From Monocercomonoides exilis PA203 (Eukaryota; Protista; Preaxostyla): 64,000 nucleotides of DNA. Each line of letters begins with the position of its first letter. Position 1 is the stretch's first letter. The stretch is from the NCBI GenBank assembly GCA_001643675.2, contig LSRY02000006.1:682001-746000 (forward strand), written 5' to 3'. The notes under the pieces are model-generated. The model was not told the DNA's origin and made no database searches. It saw only the letters and a program-made list of their open reading frames with translations. This document shows positions 55,545 through 64,000 of this stretch, piece by piece. The position numbers and the translations under genes were made by a program.

Positions 55545-58500
55545 ATGATTCCCTTCGTTTTTCTTTCATGTTTGTTCTCAATTATTTGTGGAAAAGATTG
55601 CCATGAAAGGTTAAGCTGTGAATGTTCTGCTTTATACGTTTCTGAGACGGAGAAGAATGGTATTTTTGTGAAGAAAAGTGTTGTTCGAATGTTCTGCGAA
55701 ATATACAACTCATCAGCTGAATTAAAGTGGATGTTGCTTGAAAACCCAGATAATTGTGTGATGTTCGAAATAAAAGCAGGATCATTGCTGCAGGTTGAGG
55801 GAAGTGTGTTTGTGAGAGACAATGAGTGGAATGGGAATTATGTGAGGAATGGAGGGACATGCAGGCTGATAAACACGAGTTTGGGTGTTGGAAATGGTCA
55901 GGAATGTGGAATGATGGAGAGTGTGGTGAAGATGGAAGGAGGTGATTTGTCTTCGTTGCTTGTGAGAAACAGTGAATTTGAGAATGCTGTGTTTTGTGGG
56001 AGTGGAGGAAGTTTTCTGAGGGATGGTTCAGGAAGTTTTGAAGGAATCCAAAACTGTGTGTTCGCGAATATCACAAAGAAATTTAACGAGACAGAGGAAA
56101 TACAAACTGGAAAAGAGAGGATGATGAGGATGAGTTCAATGGAAGATTGTGATGTTGAAAGATCGATGAATGTTCTTGAGAGAGGGATTGTGAGTGGAAC
56201 AGAAGGATCTGGCTCATTTTTGTGCAACAATTGCACATTTGTTCGGAATGAAAGAGTGGATAGGAAAGTGAGAAATACAGATAGAGTTGAAACCACCGAA
56301 TCTCTCAACTTCACGAATGCTGAATGGATTGAATGCTCTGCAGAATGCGGTGGAGCGCTGTATGTGCATGACAATTCAAATGCAACACTGAATGTTGAGA
56401 ATTCGTCATTTGAGAGATGCAATGCAACATCAACAAGGGGAGGAGGTATTTTTGTTGAGAACGTTGGAGTGTGTTCTGTGAATCACTCCCGATTTAAAGA
56501 ATGTTACTGTGTGTCTTCAGATAACCACGGAGGAGCTGGAGTGGAAATTTTAGGAATCATCGTTCAACCGTTTGTTTTTAATTGCATTTTTGAAGATTGC
56601 TGGTCTGGAAATGATGCTGGTGGTTTGGGGGTGTGGACTTCAAAAACAACAAAAACGAAAGATTGCATTCTTGATTGCTCTTTTAAGAATTGCAGTGGTC
56701 ATATGCAAGGAGATTCTGATGGAGGAGGTTTTATTAGCTGGTATCCAATCGATAAAGTTGTTGTGAGAAACTGCCTTTTTCAAGATTGTCATTCAGATGA
56801 TCGTGGAGGAGGGGTATCTCTCAATTTAACAGATTATCATGGAGAACTGTTATGGTTTTGCTTTTTTCACAATAACAGTGCTCCACATGGAAATGATATT
56901 TTTGTTTATGATTATTTTGCAGATTCTCAACTGGTTTGGTGTTATTCAACAAGGACAGAAGGAGTGAGATATTATGCGGGTGGAGATAAGAGCGAATGGT
57001 TGCCGAACAACGGTGGAAAATGCAGATTTGTTGCTTCAACTCAAATTCAGGCAAATGCGAAAGACACATTCAGCTGCGGATTGAACGAAAGTTATGCATG
57101 CTTATCAATCAGCCATTGTTTGTCCCAAATGATTTCTGGGTTTGTTGAAGAAATCAAGGTGCTTTCTGGAACAGTTGTGGAAGGAAAAGGAGTTGACGTT
57201 GGAGAGAAAACAATCAGTGTGAATGGAGCTTCACCATATGGATCTATCATTGAGACAAAATTTGAGGCAAATGGATTGAGTCTATTCTGTATTGGAACAG
57301 GAAAATTGAATGTGAGTGATCTATCTGTGATTCACAATACGTCATTTGAAAACAATAGACAAAGCAGACTATTTGAGGTTGAGGGAAGCGGGTTGATGGA
57401 TGTGAAGAGAATGAACATTTCAATGGATTCTTCTCATTCAGAGGAGAGGAGCATTCAGAATTCGCTTGTAAAAATCGATGATGGAGAGTTGAAGATGCAA
57501 GATGTGAAATGGGGCCAAACATTCATAACCACAAATGTGATATCTTTGTCTCTGGAGGCAACGGTTTCGTTGACTTTGGATAACTGCACATTTAGCAACA
57601 TTGTGAGAACAACAGCTGGATCATCGCTGATGTGTGTGGGTGAAGGGTCATATTCGATAACTCTTGAAGGATGCAGAATTGATGGGTGTGGGAATGAAGA
57701 CTGTGAGTTTGGAGGGGGAATGATGGTTGAAGCGGGAAGTGGGAGTTCATTGAAGATGAATGGAGGCATTGTGAAGAACTGTTATGCCTCAGCCACTCAA
57801 GGGAGGGGAGGAGGAATTGGGCTGAAAGTGAGAAACGCAAATGCAGATTTTCTGATTTCATCAGCATTTGAAGGAAACATGGCCAGATGGGGAAGTGATA
57901 TTTTTGTTGACTCGATCGATCTGGAATCAACAACAAGAAGTGAGAAGATCACTTCATTGACAGCTTCATTGGAAACAAAGAGCAAGATGCAGGGATATGA
58001 AAATGGGGATGAATCGTTCCCAATTCCATTATGTGTCTATTTGTGGAACAACTTTTCAGGATCTGCATTTGTTGGAGGAGGATCATTGAGTCATGATTTT
58101 TCGAAGTGTGGATTTGAAGAGTTTCCATGTTCCACAATCACGAAGGCAGCATCTGTCCACTTTGAAGGGAAGAAAAAAGATGTTGCTCTTCTTGAACCAT
58201 TTGCCTTTGAGGATGAATTGAGGTTGACTTCGAATGGATGGAGCATCAAAGGAAAAGTGGAAAAAATAAAGTGTGATGTTTCTGATCAGAAAGAGGGAAC
58301 ACAAAATGGATTGATAGAGAATACAATCGCTGCATCTGTGACAGGTATTGTGTTTTCAATGAAAAAGTCACTGATTTTTCATGAAAGTGTGTTTGAGTGC
58401 TGTTCAGGGAAACTTATTCTCATCAAATGTGGGATGGAAGGAGGCACTGAAGCAATTTCTACAGTGCTTGTGAAGGCTATTGGAGGGGCTGTAGAATTGA

Positions 58501-61500
58501 TTGAGTTTGGATCGGAGAGTGCTGCCAAATGGGGTTCATCGATATTTGTTGTTGAAGGTCATTCTGGAAGCATTCCTTCGATAAATATGACGAAGAGCGA
58601 TTTTGGAGAAATCACATTTAACGACGGGTGCGTTATTGAGTGTCATAATGGAAATATCGAGAAGATAACAGGATGCTCCTTTTCATCGATTTCTCGTTCG
58701 AAGGGAAGTGGAGGATGTATAAGTGTTTCAAACAATGAGGATGAAAATGGAGATTATAAAGTGGAAATATTTGACTGCACATTTGAAGGGTGTTCTGTTG
58801 AAGAAGAGGGAACTGAGATTGGAGGAGGTGCGTTCTTTTTTGAAGCATCAACAAATACGAACCTGTTGATGAAAGAATGCAAGTTTTATTGTTGCACAGC
58901 ACAATTTGAAGAGGGAAGTGTTGGATATGGAGGAGGAATTATGCTGAAGATACTGAAAGAAGAAGAAGCAGGGTTTGTGATATCCTCACCTGTTTTTTCA
59001 TCTGATAAGCCAAACAATGCAAAGTTTGGGAAGGACCTGTTCATTTCATCTCCATCGCTTGCCAAGAGCATCAAGAACGAAACTCTGCCATTTGTGAAAG
59101 ACAGATTGGAGATGCTAACCGAAGACTCAATGAGAGGGTATGATGGAGGAGACAGAGAGTGTGCAATTCCCCTGATCTATTTCTGGAAAGCGATTGAATC
59201 GAGTGTGCATGTTGCAAGAACAGGAAACAATGTGGTTGTGTGTGGATTGGAAGAGTATCCTTGTGATTCTGTTGATTATGGGACGAAAAGAGGCAGTAGT
59301 TTGGGGATTGAATCGATTGCAGTTCAGGGACTATGCGATGTGAGGAATGAAATGTGCATGAGTGGAATGAGACTAGAAGGAACAAATGGTGAAACAGATA
59401 AAATCAAATTTGTGAAAGAGATTGAAGGGAGTAGTGGTGCTGTTGTTGAGTGCAAAGGAATTGTTCAATTCAAAGAAGTGGGGATTCTGATCCCTAGTGC
59501 CTTCGATAACGAGGCAAACATCCTCATCCAGACAGGCACAGATGCAATCAAAACGACTATTGCAGGATGTTCAATTCACATAAGTGACAATGCTGAAGGT
59601 GAATTGACATTTGTATTGATAAGTGCCACAAAAGGAATTGTTTCTATTGAAAAGGCAAAGATGGCAGGGTTGGCATCAATGCATGAGATAATGAGCATAT
59701 CAGTTGGATGTGTGATAACCATGAGCGATGTTTCCTTTGAAGAAATTTCATTGAGCAGGAAAAGTGCAATTGTGATGAATGAAAATGAGATTCCAGAAAA
59801 TGGAAATGATAATGCAGAAGAAGAGTGGAATGTTCTGTTTGAGCAATGTTTATTTTTGAATGTGAAGTACAGTGTGTCAAACAACCCTTCGTTGCTTTGC
59901 TGTGATGTGCAGAATGAAGTGAGATTGAAAATGGAGAACTCCACAATTGACGAATGCGGATCGACAAGCTCGAATGAAGGAGGAGGAATGTTTTTCCTTC
60001 TCAACGAGAAAGGGAGTTTGGAGATGAATCACACAAAGATGACAGACTGTTTCTGCTCGAACAATGGGAGAGGAGGAGGGTTGTTTTTGAAATCAATGAG
60101 CGCCACACAGAAGGCATTGCCATTTGTGCTGTCAAACATCACATTCAAAGGGAATGTTGCACTGAAGGGGAGAGACATGTTTGTGAAGTGCACTGATCTT
60201 GACTCGCAAATAAGTGAATCACAGTTTCTGATAAATTTTGGAGAGCCGTTTGTGAAGGATCTGGCTATTTGGGGGTGCGCAGTAAATGATTATGGGGATG
60301 AAGAGGATCTGTTGGGGAGGGTGTATGTGTTCAGGAGCGAATTCATATTTGTGTCTTCGATTGTGGGGAACAGCAGCGACAGCAAGAACTGTGGGGAAAT
60401 GAAGGGTGCATGCTCATCGCTGAATATTGGTGTGAGTCACGTTATTCCTTCAGATTATTCACAGTTGTATATCTGGAATGAAACAACACTAACTGGTTCG
60501 TGCTCCGCTCAGAAGGTGACGATCAAGTCGATGGAATCGAATAGAAATTCAGAGATAAAAGTGCGTGAGATCAAGTTGGGCGATAAAGAAGCTGTGACAA
60601 CTTTGGGGTCTGTTCGATTTGAGAAAGTTTCATTTGTTTTTGGTGGAATTCAGAATGTTGTCTGCTCGTCCTTAATTCTCCAATTGAATGGATCTCTTAT
60701 TCTCGAATCTGTTTCATTCTTGTCAGAGAGCAGAACAACGGAGAATTCACACACCCTTTATAATTTTTCTCTTCTTGTTGTTGAAAATGGGATATTTGAG
60801 GCAGAAAAGTGTAATGTTGATCATTTAAGATTATTGAAGCCTGTGTTCATGATATTGAATTCAGAAAGAGCAACTTTCGAAGAGCTAACGATTTGCAATG
60901 TTCAATGCACAAGTTCAGTGATTGATTGTGGAAAGAGTGAGAAAATAAGAATTTCGAAGTTGGCAGCCGCAAACATCACTCTCCAAGGCGAGTGTTTGAT
61001 TTCGATTGGCCATGATCCTTCTTTTTCGCTTTCATTGTTGCATTCGTCGTTTGAACGCATCAGCCATTCAGCATCAGATGCATGCATTGTTCACTTGTCG
61101 AACATGAGATTTGCATTTGAAATGTTCAACTGCTCTATTTGTGATTGTACATCAGACTCTGAGAAAGGAAGTCAGGTGATGATTTCCTCATCAAATAACA
61201 TCCTGATGGAATTGTGCAAGTTTGAGGGAAACACAACATCTGAAGCAGAAGAAATGAATGGAAATACTGATAAGGTCTGCCAGTGGAATGGGTCAGTTGT
61301 TGATTTCACAAGAAGTGAAGTTTTCTTGAAAGAATCAATTATTGCAAATTCATCGGAAGGAGGATTGTCAGTGAGAGGAGGAAATGTGGTGATTGAGAAA
61401 GGAGAGTTTGTGAACAACAACCCATCGATTGGAAAATATCCCTCAGCTCGGAGAAACATATTGTGCTCGGATTCTGCTCAGCTGAATATCATGAGCTTGA

Positions 61501-63254
61501 AGGGAGGAGACGGAGTGAAAGATGATTCATCGATGTGGATTCTGAATGAAGGATGCACTTTGAAGGGGATTGTTGAGGAGCGAGCATCGCCATTATTCAT
61601 ACCCACGCTGCGGTGGGTGGAGACAGAGGAGAAGGAAGAGGTGCTGGATGTTGTGTTCAGGGGCACACTTCTTCTGCCATGCAACCTGTCGTTTCGCATT
61701 GTTTCGTCGGTGGGGGATGTGGAGCAGGTGGAGACACACGAGATAAGTGAGTCTGGGTTTGTGAGTGAAGAGGAAGTGCATGGCACAACTGGGCCGGAGA
61801 TGGTGAGGGGAGCAGAGGCGAGTGCGGAAGTGAGGGTGAGCATCTTGTTTGGAGATGGCCATTCTCCCTCGGCAACTGAGTCATTCATTCTGAAGAACAG
61901 GAGCGAGACTTATCCAAAGGGAGATGAAAGGATTGTTGAAGGTGGAAAAGAAGGGAAATCATCATGGGCATTGATTGTAATTGTGCTTGTTGTTGTTCTT
62001 TTGATTATTCTAATAATTGCGGTGATATTCATTGTTCGATGGAGAAAGCAAAAGAGAAGAACGGAAGAGTTGGAGATAATTGTGGAAGACACAGTGAAGA
62101 AGGATCCGAAGGCGTTTGAGATGGTGACGATGGAGATGTCACCAGAGGAACAGTGGAGGAGAGCTGAGAGGGAAGCTGAAAAGAAAAATGATGAGAGGAT
62201 GAAGAAGAGAATAAATGATACGAATATGCAGCACTCAGAGTCATCCGAGCATTTACTGAGTGAGAGTGGTTCCACAGAATATATCCTTGGAAGAGATTCA
62301 GACAAGATCCCTCAATGGATTCTGGAGAAAGATGATTATGAGGAAACAAGGAAGAGAACTCCTTCTCCATCCATCTCATCCACTTCAACTACTGATTCAG
62401 ATTCCACATTTGCTCGGAGAGAGGATCTGTGCCCAACCACCTCATCCATCTCGAACTTGGTGGATGCAATGGCCTGCTCATCTCCTCATGAGAAACTGAT
62501 TGTTGATCTGAGGGATTCACTGTTCATGCTGCTTCATGGAAGGAACGAGAAGAAGGAGATGGCGATTGGCACTCTGCAGGAGAGGGAGCTGACAGCTGCT
62601 CAGATCCTGTTCTGGGTGGCGAACGGTGCACTTCACTCATTTGATGAAATGGAAAATCCGCTCTCTTCTCTTGACAATCTGACTCCTCACATTGTGTTGT
62701 TCTCCGAGCACATGGTCATTTGCTTTGTCATGCGCTCCGACTTCTCTTCTGATGATTCGGACTCATCATCTATCTCTTCATCAACTGTTGTGACGTCCGC
62801 AAGTGATAATGATGATGATGATGACTCTCTTCCCTCGTCCGCGTTTGAGGATGAGGATGACTTCAAAAAAGAGTGCCTGAGGTGGAAGGCACCTGAGCTG
62901 CTGATGAACAAGAAGATGGGTGCAACCAAGGAGTCGGTGGCATTTTCGATCGGGATGATGCTGTGGGAGTGTCTGACGCTCCAGATTCCGTTTGGTGATT
63001 ATGAGGCAGAGGTGGCAGGGCAGAAGATCGTGAATGGGGAGAGACTGGAACTGAGGAGCATTGAAACTTCTCAGTTTGTGCGAGTTGTGAAGTGCTGCGT
63101 GGCATGGAAAGCAGAAGACAGGCCATCACTGACTGAGCTTCGGAAGGAGTTTATCTGTTTTTTTCCAGCAGGTGCAACAATGCTGACGATCACAGATGCA
63201 ATCAGAATTGAGGAAGCGAGCAGTGAGAGCGAAGGATACACAAAAAACAAATGA
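55545..63254 (+). CDS. Giant single-pass receptor-like protein (~2569 aa): signal peptide, 4 beta-helix modules, TM, pseudokinase tail
   Basis: Intronless ORF (track 55446-63254; ATG 55545 gives the signal-like MIPFVFLSCLFSIICG). Same architecture and highly similar C-terminus to 13928-23077. Confidence 0.92.
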   Translation: MIPFVFLSCLFSIICGKDCHERLSCECSALYVSETEKNGIFVKKSVVRMFCEIYNSSAELKWMLLENPDNCVMFEIKAGSLLQVEGSVFVRDNEWNGNYVRNGGTCRLINTSLGVGNGQECGMMESVVKMEGGDLSSLLVRNSEFENAVFCGSGGSFLRDGSGSFEGIQNCVFANITKKFNETEEIQTGKERMMRMSSMEDCDVERSMNVLERGIVSGTEGSGSFLCNNCTFVRNERVDRKVRNTDRVETTESLNFTNAEWIECSAECGGALYVHDNSNATLNVENSSFERCNATSTRGGGIFVENVGVCSVNHSRFKECYCVSSDNHGGAGVEILGIIVQPFVFNCIFEDCWSGNDAGGLGVWTSKTTKTKDCILDCSFKNCSGHMQGDSDGGGFISWYPIDKVVVRNCLFQDCHSDDRGGGVSLNLTDYHGELLWFCFFHNNSAPHGNDIFVYDYFADSQLVWCYSTRTEGVRYYAGGDKSEWLPNNGGKCRFVASTQIQANAKDTFSCGLNESYACLSISHCLSQMISGFVEEIKVLSGTVVEGKGVDVGEKTISVNGASPYGSIIETKFEANGLSLFCIGTGKLNVSDLSVIHNTSFENNRQSRLFEVEGSGLMDVKRMNISMDSSHSEERSIQNSLVKIDDGELKMQDVKWGQTFITTNVISLSLEATVSLTLDNCTFSNIVRTTAGSSLMCVGEGSYSITLEGCRIDGCGNEDCEFGGGMMVEAGSGSSLKMNGGIVKNCYASATQGRGGGIGLKVRNANADFLISSAFEGNMARWGSDIFVDSIDLESTTRSEKITSLTASLETKSKMQGYENGDESFPIPLCVYLWNNFSGSAFVGGGSLSHDFSKCGFEEFPCSTITKAASVHFEGKKKDVALLEPFAFEDELRLTSNGWSIKGKVEKIKCDVSDQKEGTQNGLIENTIAASVTGIVFSMKKSLIFHESVFECCSGKLILIKCGMEGGTEAISTVLVKAIGGAVELIEFGSESAAKWGSSIFVVEGHSGSIPSINMTKSDFGEITFNDGCVIECHNGNIEKITGCSFSSISRSKGSGGCISVSNNEDENGDYKVEIFDCTFEGCSVEEEGTEIGGGAFFFEASTNTNLLMKECKFYCCTAQFEEGSVGYGGGIMLKILKEEEAGFVISSPVFSSDKPNNAKFGKDLFISSPSLAKSIKNETLPFVKDRLEMLTEDSMRGYDGGDRECAIPLIYFWKAIESSVHVARTGNNVVVCGLEEYPCDSVDYGTKRGSSLGIESIAVQGLCDVRNEMCMSGMRLEGTNGETDKIKFVKEIEGSSGAVVECKGIVQFKEVGILIPSAFDNEANILIQTGTDAIKTTIAGCSIHISDNAEGELTFVLISATKGIVSIEKAKMAGLASMHEIMSISVGCVITMSDVSFEEISLSRKSAIVMNENEIPENGNDNAEEEWNVLFEQCLFLNVKYSVSNNPSLLCCDVQNEVRLKMENSTIDECGSTSSNEGGGMFFLLNEKGSLEMNHTKMTDCFCSNNGRGGGLFLKSMSATQKALPFVLSNITFKGNVALKGRDMFVKCTDLDSQISESQFLINFGEPFVKDLAIWGCAVNDYGDEEDLLGRVYVFRSEFIFVSSIVGNSSDSKNCGEMKGACSSLNIGVSHVIPSDYSQLYIWNETTLTGSCSAQKVTIKSMESNRNSEIKVREIKLGDKEAVTTLGSVRFEKVSFVFGGIQNVVCSSLILQLNGSLILESVSFLSESRTTENSHTLYNFSLLVVENGIFEAEKCNVDHLRLLKPVFMILNSERATFEELTICNVQCTSSVIDCGKSEKIRISKLAAANITLQGECLISIGHDPSFSLSLLHSSFERISHSASDACIVHLSNMRFAFEMFNCSICDCTSDSEKGSQVMISSSNNILMELCKFEGNTTSEAEEMNGNTDKVCQWNGSVVDFTRSEVFLKESIIANSSEGGLSVRGGNVVIEKGEFVNNNPSIGKYPSARRNILCSDSAQLNIMSLKGGDGVKDDSSMWILNEGCTLKGIVEERASPLFIPTLRWVETEEKEEVLDVVFRGTLLLPCNLSFRIVSSVGDVEQVETHEISESGFVSEEEVHGTTGPEMVRGAEASAEVRVSILFGDGHSPSATESFILKNRSETYPKGDERIVEGGKEGKSSWALIVIVLVVVLLIILIIAVIFIVRWRKQKRRTEELEIIVEDTVKKDPKAFEMVTMEMSPEEQWRRAEREAEKKNDERMKKRINDTNMQHSESSEHLLSESGSTEYILGRDSDKIPQWILEKDDYEETRKRTPSPSISSTSTTDSDSTFARREDLCPTTSSISNLVDAMACSSPHEKLIVDLRDSLFMLLHGRNEKKEMAIGTLQERELTAAQILFWVANGALHSFDEMENPLSSLDNLTPHIVLFSEHMVICFVMRSDFSSDDSDSSSISSSTVVTSASDNDDDDDSLPSSAFEDEDDFKKECLRWKAPELLMNKKMGATKESVAFSIGMMLWECLTLQIPFGDYEAEVAGQKIVNGERLELRSIETSQFVRVVKCCVAWKAEDRPSLTELRKEFICFFPAGATMLTITDAIRIEEASSESEGYTKNK

Positions 63255-63719
63255 ACTGTGAAATCAAATGACTGGAGAGGTTGATGAGGGAAAGGGAAGG
63301 AATAGTAGATTTGACTGGGAAATGTTTTGTTGTTTTACAGAATATTAGTTAATGAATAGAGAAAGGGTTGTTCCGATAAAATGATAACAAGCAGTTTGTT
63401 CATCTGAACAAACATTATGTTTTGATTTATATATGTATGGATATGTTTAATATGCAGACTTTTGAATGTCTTTCTGCAATTTGCTTTTCAGAGAAGGTTT
63501 TGAAGTTGTGTTTTGTGAACCGAGTTTTGAATTTTGTTAAATGTGATGAGGTGTTTGATTGAATACACAACAGTTTTTCTATGAAAGAGTATTTTCAAAA
63601 AATATTTTGTTTAATTTTTGTGCTATAATCATTATATATTTTTATATATTCAGATTAGCATTTTTTTCAAATTTGAACTTATTGTATTTGTTGGCGAAAT
63701 GGAATAATTTCGAAGTGAA

Positions 63720-63931
63720 ACTTTTCAGTTCAAAAAACACAATAAAAATGGGTCCATTTTTAGACAATTGTGAAATGTTGGAAAACTTTATATTTTTATT
63801 TCAACGATGCCTGTTTACGGATATGAAAATCAAATTTATTTTGAAATTTGAGTAAGCGAAATAAAGCTCTGAGTGAAACAATTTTTCAATGCCTTGTTCA
63901 AAAAATGCTTGAAAGACAGTAGTTTCCCCCA
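63720..63931 (-). mobile_element. Diverged, one-ended inverted copy of the 49348-49616 MITE
   Basis: Shared blocks (AATAAAAATGGGTCCATTTT, CGATGCCTGTTTACGGATATGAAAAT, GAGTGAAACAATTTTTCAATGCCTTGTTCAAAAAA); ends TTTCCCCCA|TA; other terminus not visible. Confidence 0.75.
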
Positions 63932-64000
63932 TATATATCTAACCCTGTGATTAAATGCGATCGGTAATGAATGAAAATTTCATTAAAATGTTCTTGCACA

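Noticed and set aside
14055-63129. Many antisense or alternative-frame ORFs overlapping the giant genes
   Set aside because: Shadow ORFs caused by biased, low-complexity codon usage in the real genes.
1-64000. CRISPR array or prokaryotic operon-type system
   Set aside because: Eukaryotic intron-containing DNA; no regularly spaced direct repeats seen.

Overview
AT-rich eukaryotic (protist) genomic DNA, standard genetic code, with short GT-AG introns (58-102 nt). Gene content and style suggest an oxymonad such as Monocercomonoides; this is inference, not verified. The window holds four members of a giant receptor-like family (signal peptide, Cys/Gly-rich beta-helix modules, one TM helix, degenerate kinase-like tail). 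Two are complete (13928-23077, 55545-63254), one runs off the left edge and is absent from the ORF track (<1-4901, minus), and one is a decayed internal fragment (~45105-47101). Other genes: tRNA-Lys(UUU), a small tail-anchored coiled-coil protein, a 7-TM protein, an SLC45/sucrose-type MFS transporter, a ~3980-aa CLEC16A/TT9 (FPL-domain) protein, cathepsin B, a SPRY-domain ORF and a dead hAT transposase. The most striking structure is a set of TA-flanked foldback elements with very long, near-perfect inverted arms (323-437 bp). One has its empty site preserved in a paralogous 3' flank in this window. Another (4.8 kb) splits the hAT transposase, whose frame is restored when it is removed, and it carries both a nested foldback element and a fragment of the receptor family. 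The intact receptor genes look like mosaics of each other, which raises the hypothesis of transposon-assisted shuffling of a surface-receptor repertoire.
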